Source: a virus (taxonomy: Duplodnaviria; Caudoviricetes). From it: a DNA stretch of 58,447 bases. Made by a program: the position numbers and the translations under genes. Every line of letters begins with the position of its first letter. Position 1 is the stretch's first letter. The notes under the pieces were generated by a model that was given only the letters and a program-made list of their open reading frames with translations, had not been told where the DNA came from and ran no database searches. The stretch lies in IMG/VR virus record IMGVR_UViG_3300042934_000463, positions 1 to 58,447 of that record. One strand, written 5' to 3'. Below, one piece after another: positions 28,639 through 37,189 of this stretch.

Positions 28639-28736
28639 GTGGTTCTGTACTTCTCGGGCAAAATATGACTGTATATTACAAAAGGAAGAGGGTATAATAA
28701 TAACATAAACAATATGTAAAGGAGAGATATATTATT

Positions 28737-28913
28737 ATGAATAAAAACTTAATTGCATTGAAGGAAATTGCTCAAGAGGTAGGAATCACAGAGAGGAAGG
28801 CAAGAAAGATCCTAAGAGAAAATGAGGCAGAAAAACAACATACATATTTTTGGATGTTTACTGAAAAGGAATCTAAACAAGTTGCAAAGAAATTAAAAAG
28901 AGAGTTACATTAA
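28737..28913 (+). CDS. 58-aa stand-alone 'ARKILR..W' HTH-like protein (absent from the ORF track)
   Basis: Hand-translated MNKNLIALKEIAQEVGITERKARKILRENEAEKQHTYFWMFTEKESKQVAKKLKRELH; AAAGGAGAGA RBS; terminator-like hairpin at its end. Confidence 0.8.
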   Translation: MNKNLIALKEIAQEVGITERKARKILRENEAEKQHTYFWMFTEKESKQVAKKLKRELH

Positions 28914-29006
28914 TATGTAGCTTTTTTCTTTGGAGTTTTCCCTGACAAGTCTGGGTTATTATCTTATAATTGTATTAATGAATAAATTATTTAAGGAGAG
29001 GTTATT

Positions 29007-29429
29007 ATGATAAGTAAGAATGCCCAAAGAATATTAAATATGTGCAGGAAACATGGTCACTTAACATATGTAAAGTCAAAAGGATCTCACACAATATTTA
29101 TAGAAGGGTCTGATAAGGTATGGTTGCAAACCAAAACCCAAGATGAGATGATTGAAAAACTTCTACAGGTTGTAGATGAAGAGGAAGTTTCAACAATTAA
29201 TATAAAAGCTTTAAAGGAAAACATAAGAAGGGAAGTAAATGAGATCACTAAAGAAATGAAGGATAGATCACCAAGTAGACATATTCTAAATGCTAAAATT
29301 GATAATTTAAAACAACTGCTTGTATTACTTGATAATTCTTCAAAGGCTAATTCATCAAAGATTCTATCCTCAAGAGGTTATGATAAAGTATCAGAAGCTA
29401 CACAATTCATAATAACATATTTTAAGTAG
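29007..29429 (+). CDS. Early hypothetical protein
   Basis: CTGACA-17-TATAAT promoter (28942..28970) and AAGGAGAGG RBS. Confidence 0.72.
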   Translation: MISKNAQRILNMCRKHGHLTYVKSKGSHTIFIEGSDKVWLQTKTQDEMIEKLLQVVDEEEVSTINIKALKENIRREVNEITKEMKDRSPSRHILNAKIDNLKQLLVLLDNSSKANSSKILSSRGYDKVSEATQFIITYFK

Positions 29430-29435
29430 GAGGCT

Positions 29436-29636
29436 TTATGCCTCCTCTACTTTTTCTATTTGGTTCCAATCATACCATTTAACTCTTACTGGATCAGTTG
29501 GTAATACTACATAGGATCCACCTATCCTTCTCCCCTTAGTCACATATCCTTCAAGAATAGTTCCTGCTGGCATTTCACATATAGTCTTACCCCAATCAAG
29601 AACAACTGAATCCTGTTTCAATCTGTATTTAACCAT
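29436..29636 (-). CDS. Small hypothetical protein
   Basis: AAGGAGGTG RBS; last gene of a minus-strand operon. Confidence 0.65.
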   Translation of the reverse strand: MVKYRLKQDSVVLDWGKTICEMPAGTILEGYVTKGRRIGGSYVVLPTDPVRVKWYDWNQIEKVEEA

Positions 29637-29808
29637 TGGTTAATCACCTCCTTATAATATGAATATAGTTATGCTTACACAAAGGTATTGAACCCATATA
29701 TAGATCATGTCTACAATGTCATGAGAATTATTTTTAATGAACTTCCTGTACTTGATGAACCAAAATGTTAAAACAGCCCATACCATTATTCTTAATCCTA
29801 AATGCATA

Positions 29809-30396
29809 TTAATTACCTCCCCATTGTAATATCCTTATCTTAGCTCCATCAACTCCTTTGCCTTGAGCACTGTTCACATACTTATCAAGTCTCATGGTTG
29901 CTCCTGAGATTTGTCTGCTGTCTTCCCTATTGAATACCTTGATAGCCCATAAAGCCCCTCTGTCCTTAACAATACCTGTCTCTCTATAACCATTATCAAA
30001 TTGTATTTCAAATATTGTACCTATTGGGAATAGATCAGGTGTAGAGTAGTCACTATGGTGTATGCCATTACCTTCCTTTAATGTATCCCCATTAGCTGCA
30101 ATAGTACTTGATTCAGCAGGACTATAATAAGATACTTCTACTGGAATCCAAATTGCTTGAGCGGATTGATAGACATTGACCTGTTCTTTCAGTCCTCGGA
30201 CCTGTTCATCTAATTGGGATATTTGAGCCCCTTGTTTTTGTATTGTCTCAGAATAGAATTTCCTGTTCATTGAGTTCTCTTGGTTGATATGTTCTATATA
30301 GTTATCCTTCTCATGCAGATCCTTTCCTTGGTTATGGATAATACCCATTAACCCTACAATCACCATCATTAAAAATACATTGAATATCTTCTTCAT
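29809..30396 (-). CDS. Membrane-anchored 3D-domain (MltA-like) putative cell-wall hydrolase
   Basis: N-terminal hydrophobic segment, coiled coil, then VSYYS...ANG...D.FPIGT...VKDRG...RLDKYV resembling a 3D domain. Confidence 0.7.
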   Translation of the reverse strand: MKKIFNVFLMMVIVGLMGIIHNQGKDLHEKDNYIEHINQENSMNRKFYSETIQKQGAQISQLDEQVRGLKEQVNVYQSAQAIWIPVEVSYYSPAESSTIAANGDTLKEGNGIHHSDYSTPDLFPIGTIFEIQFDNGYRETGIVKDRGALWAIKVFNREDSRQISGATMRLDKYVNSAQGKGVDGAKIRILQWGGN

Positions 30397-31335
30397 TTAT
30401 AATTCCTCCTCTAATTCACTTATTAGTTTTTTGATGTAGTCCAACACTAATTTATTATTGTAGTACTTAGCTTGAACTGTCTTACCCTTTATTTCATTAT
30501 ATCCCCATCCGGCTGCAATACCTTCTTTAGTAAATCTCCAACGTTTTCCATCAGGTTTTTCTATTAAGCATTTAAGCTTCAGGTCCTTATTGATCTCCTT
30601 AATGATTAAATCACAATGGGCTCTACTAGGATCTACTGTATGGCCACATTGATTGCATATGTCAGTTATTGAGTATCCTTTGACCTTACTAGGTTTCTTT
30701 GTCATTACTTCCTTGAATTGGATCAGTTCTAGCAATTTAAGGAATCTCTTGGAATGAAACAATACACCTGAGCCTTTTGCAGTTGCAACAGTCTTCATGT
30801 AAGGTTTTCCTTTTGGTGTAGGCCTTCTACCTTTATTAGATCTCAATATATACCCACTATTCTCTAATAATCCATATATGACTCTTGCATAATGCATAGG
30901 CCCTATATTGTTTCTCTTTATTAATTCAGGTAGGGTTTCAAACTCATCAAGAATTAGTTTGTCAATTCCCCCTACATCTTTTATAATGCTATTATATGCC
31001 CATTCATAAAACTTCATGGTCTTACCTGTTCTTTTACCATATGGCATTATAAAGGTTCTTACACCACTCTCATTGGGCAGTGACACTATCTTCTCTTGGG
31101 TTAAATAAATATAGATCCTTTGAATTACTTTCCTAGCCTGATTCTTTGTTAAGGTTGGAAAATCTCTTTTTATAAAATCAGTCAAGGGACTGCAATCTTC
31201 ATCTACAAACTTAATTCTAACCATAGGACTAGGGAACATATCATTATACTGTTCTGGAGTTAGAAGTTGTTTACCCAGTGCCTTATATAATTCTGGGTTA
31301 TGTTTAAGTTCAGCTGGAACATTGAATATCATCAT
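30397..31335 (-). CDS. Putative DNA-binding protein with antirepressor KilAC-like segments, next to the putative origin
   Basis: LLENSGYIL...RRPTPKGKPYM and WRFTKEG...G motifs; TTGACA-17-TACAAT promoter. Confidence 0.5.
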   Translation of the reverse strand: MMIFNVPAELKHNPELYKALGKQLLTPEQYNDMFPSPMVRIKFVDEDCSPLTDFIKRDFPTLTKNQARKVIQRIYIYLTQEKIVSLPNESGVRTFIMPYGKRTGKTMKFYEWAYNSIIKDVGGIDKLILDEFETLPELIKRNNIGPMHYARVIYGLLENSGYILRSNKGRRPTPKGKPYMKTVATAKGSGVLFHSKRFLKLLELIQFKEVMTKKPSKVKGYSITDICNQCGHTVDPSRAHCDLIIKEINKDLKLKCLIEKPDGKRWRFTKEGIAAGWGYNEIKGKTVQAKYYNNKLVLDYIKKLISELEEEL

Positions 31336-31384
31336 AACACCTCCTCATGACTATTGTATCACATTAATTGAATCATGTCAAAGT

Positions 31385-31960
31385 TCTGGATATCCACAAC
31401 TGGATGTATAGGAAAGCGTATTCCTGTGTTTACCTATCCATTATATTATACACATACATATGATATTATCTTACAGATATATCAATGTATTGTGTATAAT
31501 GAGGATATAACAGGAAAGAAAGGTAGTGAAATCAAGGCCTCAGCATGTCTTGGTTATTAATAGGAAGGTAGTAAGTCCACCTGTATCTAACTGTGGATAA
31601 CTATACGTAGGGACTCTTGAACCGTCACCGAACAAGGCTTGCCTTGGAGGTATGGTAAAAAGAGGCCATTAGAGAAGAAATAGATATCCATAGCTAGGGG
31701 AAGAAATAATAACAAGGATCCATAAATAACAGTAAATACTGTCCACACTTAGGGGAAGAATGGGTCTAATGCAGACAGTATGGACATAGAACATTGAAGG
31801 CCAATAAGTTTGTCCACAGCTAAGCCCATATCAGCAATTATGCTTAAGTATGGATAACTTCCTCAGTATGACTTCATGGACATACAATAATGATATAAAA
31901 TATCTGTCCACACTAAAGGAAAGAATTAGAAATATTCTCTAAATATGGATAAGTTTCTAT
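31385..31960. promoter_or_regulatory. Putative replication origin: array of DnaA-box-like 9-mers
   Basis: TGTGGATAA 31592 (perfect), TTATACACA 31446, TGTGTATAA 31491, TTGTCCACA 31810, CTGTCCACA 31739 and 31904, ATATCCACA 31390, TATGGATAA 31849 and 31944; non-coding; at the main coding-strand switch. Confidence 0.7.
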
Positions 31961-32030
31961 TGTATTCCTTCTGGATATCTTATATAATAATATTGTAATC
32001 AAATAACAAATATAAAGGAGAAGATATAAA

Positions 32031-32243
32031 ATGGCTAAAGGATTTGTAAGAACTATCAATGAAATGGTAAATAATAAAGAAAAGGAAATATGGATCAATT
32101 GGGTGAATACACCTGAACATCTATATAAGAAGAATCCTAACTTTGTACCTGAAATGAGAAAGATGCTTTTAGATAATGGGTATGTAAGGGAATCAGAACA
32201 CAACATGGCTCAAGAAACATACATATATAAAGGAGGTAAGTAA
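32031..32243 (+). CDS. Small early hypothetical protein
   Basis: TTGTAT-17-TATAAT promoter (31960..31988) and AAAGGAG RBS. Confidence 0.72.
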   Translation: MAKGFVRTINEMVNNKEKEIWINWVNTPEHLYKKNPNFVPEMRKMLLDNGYVRESEHNMAQETYIYKGGK

Positions 32244-32244
32244 T

Positions 32245-32409
32245 ATGAACAAACAACAAACAGTATTAAATGACCTATTTAAAAAGGTAAATGAACAAAA
32301 ACTAATAAAGGGGTTCATCTTTGATAGAGAGGTACTCCAATTCCAATCTCTTGATGGTACAATGGTTAAAGTAAAATTAATAGTAATGGAGGAAACTAAC
32401 AATGACTAA
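32245..32409 (+). CDS. 54-aa hypothetical protein
   Basis: Hand-translated MNKQQTVLNDLF...; AAGGAGG RBS; fills the operon gap. Confidence 0.65.
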   Translation: MNKQQTVLNDLFKKVNEQKLIKGFIFDREVLQFQSLDGTMVKVKLIVMEETNND

Positions 32410-32653
32410 TGAAGGAAGAAAGTTATTGGAACTGTTAATTGATAAGAAAGGTTTAAGAGATTACTTCAATGGGATAAGAGATGCTCAATGGTATCAAAAA
32501 GTTCAGGCCCATGACCCATACCTACTCAATACCTTGGAACTTGCTATAACCGATGAGAATGAAGACCTAATGTATATGCAGGTACAAACAATAGTAGGAA
32601 TGAACATATTGTCTCAACTTGATATTGAAGAAATGGAAGGAACATTATTTTAA
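32402..32653 (+). CDS. Hypothetical protein
   Basis: GGAGG RBS, followed by a terminator. Confidence 0.7.
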   Translation: MTNEGRKLLELLIDKKGLRDYFNGIRDAQWYQKVQAHDPYLLNTLELAITDENEDLMYMQVQTIVGMNILSQLDIEEMEGTLF

Positions 32654-32681
32654 GAGGAGGGTGTAAAAACCTTCTTTTTTT
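32654..32681 (+). terminator. Intrinsic terminator
   Basis: GAGGAGGGT/ACCTTCTTT stem with G-U pairs, followed by a T-run. Confidence 0.55.
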
Positions 32682-32767
32682 CTTTCGAGAAAACTATTGA
32701 GATCCTGCGTCAGATCTTATACAATTATATTAAGGTAATAAATGTTAATCAAAGGAGAGATTGTGAA

Positions 32768-32995
32768 ATGGTTGAAGAGTTTGTGGTTATTACCATGCTT
32801 ACTAAAACTGACAAGAAATTATACTTAAGTATGCAAAATGCTAAACCTACCTGGAGCTTTGATCCAGATGAGGCTTGTGTATGGGACTTTGAGGAGGAAG
32901 CTCAAAAGTTTGCGGACAACTGGTTTAAGGGGTTCAAGGATTACAGTATAGAACCTTATAGAATAAATATAATGGAGGGTGTTAGAGTTGAATAA
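32768..32995 (+). CDS. Small early hypothetical protein
   Basis: TTGAGA-17-TACAAT promoter (32697..32725) and AAAGGAGAGA RBS. Confidence 0.72.
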   Translation: MVEEFVVITMLTKTDKKLYLSMQNAKPTWSFDPDEACVWDFEEEAQKFADNWFKGFKDYSIEPYRINIMEGVRVE

Positions 32996-33482
32996 TGAAA
33001 ACAAGTTATGGATTGCAAGTTTATCTCTTGATGGGGTAATTGAAGTTGAAGAGGTAATCATACTAAAGGATCTAGGCCAACAATACAGAGTTACAGCAAA
33101 TAGCCAATTTAGGAACAGAATCAATAAAAGTGAAATGGGTAGAGTTAGCAGGAGCTATACAAGAGGTGAGACTTATATACCATATGTAATTACTCAATCA
33201 GCTACATCTGCAAGGTATAGGCTTAATGAATGGATTGAAGGTAAGATAGGTGAATATGATAAGAAGGCCCAAAGATTAAGAGAGGCCATAGGTGATAAAC
33301 TAGACAGGGTATTGGACTTACTGGTTTCCACTGAGGCAGACAATGGAGATCCAATGCATGGGTTTACACCTGTAGTTGAACAGTATAAGAAAGATGCAGA
33401 CATTGAAAACCTAGTTTGTAATATATTTAATCTAGTGTACAATGAGGAGGAATTATGGCAAAGAGTAAATGGGACCAAATAA
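32979..33482 (+). CDS. Hypothetical protein
   Basis: Overlaps the previous ORF in an operon; the start codon is uncertain (TTG at 32979 or 32988). Confidence 0.65.
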   Translation: MLELNNENKLWIASLSLDGVIEVEEVIILKDLGQQYRVTANSQFRNRINKSEMGRVSRSYTRGETYIPYVITQSATSARYRLNEWIEGKIGEYDKKAQRLREAIGDKLDRVLDLLVSTEADNGDPMHGFTPVVEQYKKDADIENLVCNIFNLVYNEEELWQRVNGTK

Positions 33483-33661
33483 TTAAAGGGTTGGCTAACA
33501 TAAGCAGTAGCCATGACAGAGTTAAGATTGTTGAAGTACTAATCATGAACATGACCAGGAAGGAAAAGCTTCAGGCTACTAAGGAACTAAAGGAATTGTT
33601 TGAAGAGGATCTGCAGTTGGTACTAGATGAACATGAAAAAGAATTACCGGAGGAAGATTAA
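33455..33661 (+). CDS. Hypothetical protein
   Basis: GAGGAGG RBS. Confidence 0.65.
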   Translation: MAKSKWDQIIKGLANISSSHDRVKIVEVLIMNMTRKEKLQATKELKELFEEDLQLVLDEHEKELPEED

Positions 33662-33739
33662 TTTCTTCTTCTTTTTTCGTTGAGATTTGGTAGTAGGTCT
33701 CATATAATTATATTAATGAAACAACAGGAGGTAATATAT

Positions 33740-33961
33740 ATGAGGATCCATATAATTAAAGATGAAGAAGGTAAGACTATTGGGTGGACTGATACTAAAG
33801 ACAATGTAAGGGTAGAGATTGAGAACTGGAAGTACAGATACTTCTGCTCACACTGTGGAAGATCAACTAAGGATATGAAGTTTATCAAGGAAGAAGGCTA
33901 TGAACAAAAAACAGTAACTCTTAAATGCCCATGTGGCAAAATAGTTAGATATGGGGACTAA
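33740..33961 (+). CDS. Small zinc-ribbon protein
   Basis: CSHC...CPC; start reassigned to ATG 33740 behind AGGAGG; promoter at 33680..33708. Confidence 0.7.
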   Translation: MRIHIIKDEEGKTIGWTDTKDNVRVEIENWKYRYFCSHCGRSTKDMKFIKEEGYEQKTVTLKCPCGKIVRYGD

Positions 33962-34051
33962 CCTCCCCAGTCTTAAAATTCTTTAAAGTTTCTATTGAGA
34001 TATGACTTAGTATCTTATATAATGAATATATCAAATGAAGGAGGAGTTACC

Positions 34052-34261
34052 ATGTTAAGATTATGGGCTAAGGAATCTGGAGAAGTAATGGAAGGTAAGG
34101 TTAAGATATATGGGGTTATATTCCACATAGCTAGAGGTATAGTTGCATATGATGAAGGAGAAGAAGTTGCATCTGCAGCAGTACCTAAGAAGGAAATACT
34201 GGAAGCTTTATCTAAGGATAGAGTGTATGAGAACAAATGGATAAAGGCTGAGATCATCTAA
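34052..34261 (+). CDS. Small early hypothetical protein
   Basis: Start reassigned to ATG 34052 behind AAGGAGGAG; promoter at 33995..34023. Confidence 0.7.
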   Translation: MLRLWAKESGEVMEGKVKIYGVIFHIARGIVAYDEGEEVASAAVPKKEILEALSKDRVYENKWIKAEII

Positions 34262-34275
34262 GGAGGACTTCACAA

Positions 34276-34422
34276 ATGGTAGTTGAATTACAATACATAA
34301 GATCAGGTAAGGCTCTAGAGATATGTTATTATGAGCTATTACAAAGTAAGGTGGGTGAAGGGGCTCAGGTTCCTGACTCATGTACATACAATTATTATAA
34401 TAAAGGAGACGATGAAAAATGA
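34276..34422 (+). CDS. 48-aa hypothetical protein
   Basis: AAGGAGG RBS; ATGA overlap with the next gene. Confidence 0.5.
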   Translation: MVVELQYIRSGKALEICYYELLQSKVGEGAQVPDSCTYNYYNKGDDEK

Positions 34423-34916
34423 TAAAAACTAAGTACAATGTATTAGAAGCAGCCAATGATCTATTAAAGGGGGTTTCCCCTGCTTTCTCATCTACTAACC
34501 TTCAAATGGTTATAGATCCATTATCAAAGAATGTAGTAATTTTTAATGCTAACACCAACACTAAAGAAACCTTTGGCCAATACCTTAGCAAATTAGCTTA
34601 TGGGGGTATTCTGGAAGAGAAATGGTTGATAGAGTACCCAGTTATAAGTACTATTCAACTAATCAACTATTACAAAAACCATCCTAACAATGACATAGTG
34701 GTTAAGTTCAAATGGACTGGATATGATAGTCCAGAAATGGTTGAAGCTGTTACTGACTTCAAATATGATAACACTAATTGGAATGACTTTGAATCTATAG
34801 TATATGCAATCCTAGAGGATGGGTGGACAGAACCACTTGAACAAATACTACTGGAAGGTAGTTGGGTAATTAATGACAGAGGATTAAAGGAGGCTAATAT
34901 AAATGAAGAAAGCTAA
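34419..34916 (+). CDS. Hypothetical protein
   Basis: 165-aa ORF with RBS in a plus-strand operon. Confidence 0.7.
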   Translation: MIKTKYNVLEAANDLLKGVSPAFSSTNLQMVIDPLSKNVVIFNANTNTKETFGQYLSKLAYGGILEEKWLIEYPVISTIQLINYYKNHPNNDIVVKFKWTGYDSPEMVEAVTDFKYDNTNWNDFESIVYAILEDGWTEPLEQILLEGSWVINDRGLKEANINEES

Positions 34917-35211
34917 TAAATTATTAACTAACCCAAAGATCCTAGAAGGATTGAATCAATTAGGAACCATTGTGGAAGACTTATATCAATCAACTAGTGC
35001 TAATTCAGATGTATGGGAAGTAATAGGTGAGATTAAAGGCAAACTTGCAGAAGCTCAGGATTTGGTTAAACCTAAGACCAGAGAGGATCTGTTGAATGAT
35101 GTAGAGGACATCTATATAGAACTTCATAACACCATTACTCATGGTGGGGACTTCAATGAAATATTGGAAAAGGTAAAGGGTATATTATATAGGGAAGGTA
35201 TAGATGTATAA
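34903..35211 (+). CDS. Hypothetical protein
   Basis: AAAGGAGG RBS. Confidence 0.7.
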   Translation: MKKANKLLTNPKILEGLNQLGTIVEDLYQSTSANSDVWEVIGEIKGKLAEAQDLVKPKTREDLLNDVEDIYIELHNTITHGGDFNEILEKVKGILYREGIDV

Positions 35212-35333
35212 TGCATGATTTGATAACTATGATTTTCTATTTATCTGGAATATGGATTTTAGCCATAGCTACTACTTTTATGATAGGGGCATTAGCAATT
35301 ATATATTGGGAGAAACTAAAGGAGGAAAAGTGA
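35211..35333 (+). CDS. Small membrane peptide (40 aa)
   Basis: Hand-translated MHDLITMIFYLSGIWILAIATTFMIGALAIIYWEKLKEEK; TAATG and TGATG couplings on both sides. Confidence 0.55.
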   Translation: MHDLITMIFYLSGIWILAIATTFMIGALAIIYWEKLKEEK

Positions 35334-35521
35334 TGATTCTTATTTCCACAATGTTTGTTGGTTCTATTGTAGTTTTGGGTGTACTCATATGGAGAGACAA
35401 GAAGGTTCCGGGTAGATGCCCAGGTTGTATGTATTATAAGAAAAGAGAATGCCAAAGAAGAGGAACACTAATTGAAAACTTTGGGAAGAAAGGTGTATGC
35501 TGGATGGAGGAGGAGTATTAA
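35333..35521 (+). CDS. Small membrane-anchored Cys-rich protein
   Basis: Start reassigned to ATG 35333; hydrophobic N-terminus then CPGC...C...C. Confidence 0.55.
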   Translation: MILISTMFVGSIVVLGVLIWRDKKVPGRCPGCMYYKKRECQRRGTLIENFGKKGVCWMEEEY

Positions 35522-35874
35522 TGAGAGTTGTAGTCATAGATCCCATAGGTCTAACAGCTGAGGAAATTCATGAAGCTATTGAAGTGGGTCTAAAAGCTCA
35601 ACAGGATGGAATTATTCCAGATGATATTGCTCTAGAAGGTTTGACAGAAGCTTTTGAAAGGATAAGAGATCAGTTTGAACAAATGGTAAACAATGAAATA
35701 CTAGACAAGGGGTTAATAGAGGAAGAGTTTTATGAGAAGTTCATTATGGAGGCACAAAGTGATATTGATAGGCCGGACTATATTGATTCTTATAAATCTC
35801 CAACTCTTAACACTAAAGGATATACACCTAGAAAAGAACACAAGTCAAGAGATAGGTTGAGGAGGATTAAGTAG
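35521..35874 (+). CDS. Hypothetical protein
   Basis: GGAGGAGG RBS before ATG 35521. Confidence 0.68.
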   Translation: MRVVVIDPIGLTAEEIHEAIEVGLKAQQDGIIPDDIALEGLTEAFERIRDQFEQMVNNEILDKGLIEEEFYEKFIMEAQSDIDRPDYIDSYKSPTLNTKGYTPRKEHKSRDRLRRIK

Positions 35875-35967
35875 TGAAGAGATTTGGTTACTTCTTCCTC
35901 ATGCTATGTATTGTAGAATATATAATATCACATTTTAGAAAGGAATAATTATTGGGAGGAATTATTA

Positions 35968-36186
35968 ATGAGTCAATCAATAGAAGATGCAAAAAGAAGG
36001 GCTTTAGATGAGATAGAGGACAGAGAATATAGGATTAGAGTTGCTAGTGAGATCAGGTCTGGTGAAAGGAAGGAAATGTCAAACTCTACTGCTATGCTAA
36101 TATTCTGGATTATGGTTATACTAATAGGTATAATATTCAAAAGCCCAGGGCTAAGCTTCTTGAAATACTTTAGGTGGCTCAAATGA
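35968..36186 (+). CDS. Small membrane protein
   Basis: Hydrophobic segment AMLIFWIMVILIGIIF. Confidence 0.62.
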   Translation: MSQSIEDAKRRALDEIEDREYRIRVASEIRSGERKEMSNSTAMLIFWIMVILIGIIFKSPGLSFLKYFRWLK

Positions 36187-36280
36187 CGGGTAAGGAAGTA
36201 TTAATTGGATTCTGTGTATATTTTGGTTTGCTTATACTGATTGCTTTAGCTTATGCAATAGAAGAGTAAGGAGGATTATA

Positions 36281-36568
36281 TTGGCTGCACTGTATTTAGA
36301 ATCATCTTTGTGGACTAGATATGAGGGCATAGCTCAAAATTATAAAGATGAATTAAAAGACCCCCAACTATCTAGCCTCATGAAATATGTTCGATATATA
36401 CTACTTCATAAATACACAACTCTTACAAAAGGTAAAAAACAACAAATAGGATTTCATCTAGGAAAGATTGAGCAAGAATGTAAAAAGCTCAGACAATTAC
36501 ACATTGATGTAATACAATTAAAAATAACACTGAATAGGGGGATATTAGAAGATGTTAAAGTACAATGA
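36281..36568 (+). CDS. Hypothetical protein
   Basis: AAGGAGG RBS, TTG start. Confidence 0.6.
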   Translation: MAALYLESSLWTRYEGIAQNYKDELKDPQLSSLMKYVRYILLHKYTTLTKGKKQQIGFHLGKIEQECKKLRQLHIDVIQLKITLNRGILEDVKVQ

Positions 36569-36779
36569 TAAGGAAGTATTGATAAAACTAGCTGAGGAGT
36601 GTAGTGAGCTTGCTGTTGAAGCTAATAAGGCTGCAAATGGTAACATGAGAAGAAACTCCATGGAAGAGGAAATAGCCCATGTTAGGTTATATATTGATGA
36701 GGTTATTGCCAGGTATAGGTTAGACCAGTGTGATATACAAAAGGAATACAACCACAAGAAAAAGAAAAAATCACAATAA
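36552..36779 (+). CDS. Small MazG-like (all-alpha NTP pyrophosphohydrolase) protein
   Basis: KLAEECSEL...ANK...EEEIAHV pattern (EExxE...EExAD, with the last Asp replaced by His). Confidence 0.6.
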   Translation: MLKYNDKEVLIKLAEECSELAVEANKAANGNMRRNSMEEEIAHVRLYIDEVIARYRLDQCDIQKEYNHKKKKKSQ

Positions 36780-36841
36780 GATTGACTTGCCTAAAAGGTA
36801 ATGGTATAATGAATTATATCAATTATTAGGGAGGTAGTATT

Positions 36842-36988
36842 ATGTTTAAACTCTGGAATAAGCTTTTCGGGGGTGCCATGAAAATAAATAGTAAGATAGG
36901 TGATTTCAATTCTATCAGGAAGGGCAGATATCCTAAAAGAGTTATAAGGAGGTCAATATTTAACATTATACGAAAAATCCTTTCCTAA
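36842..36988 (+). CDS. 48-aa strongly cationic peptide
   Basis: TTGACT-17-TATAAT promoter, GGGAGG RBS; MFKLWNKLFGGAMKINSKIGDFNSIRKGRYPKRVIRRSIFNIIRKILS. Confidence 0.6.
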   Translation: MFKLWNKLFGGAMKINSKIGDFNSIRKGRYPKRVIRRSIFNIIRKILS

Positions 36989-37014
36989 TTGGTAAAGTCA
37001 GAAAGGGAGGGAAT

Positions 37015-37185
37015 ATGCCAACAAAGACTCAATGGAGAATGTTCCATTACATCAATAGGGATGGCTCACTAGTTAAAGAATGGGATGGTTTTAGTAAAAT
37101 GACATTTTCAGAAGCAGGTAAGTTTTTGAGTAAGTATATTGTCAGGAGAATAAAGCCATCCCAAAATAGAAAGAGGAGGTATTAA
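37015..37185 (+). CDS. 56-aa hypothetical protein
   Basis: GGGAGG RBS; hand-translated MPTKTQWRMFHYINRDG... Confidence 0.55.
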   Translation: MPTKTQWRMFHYINRDGSLVKEWDGFSKMTFSEAGKFLSKYIVRRIKPSQNRKRRY

Positions 37186-37189
37186 TGGT

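Noticed and set aside
31375-31560. 61-aa ORF in the origin region
   Set aside because: No RBS, and it overlaps a promoter and the inverted element; likely spurious
31385-31960. CRISPR array or iteron array
   Set aside because: Repeats are 9-mers in both orientations with irregular spacing, not 25-40-nt direct repeats with spacers
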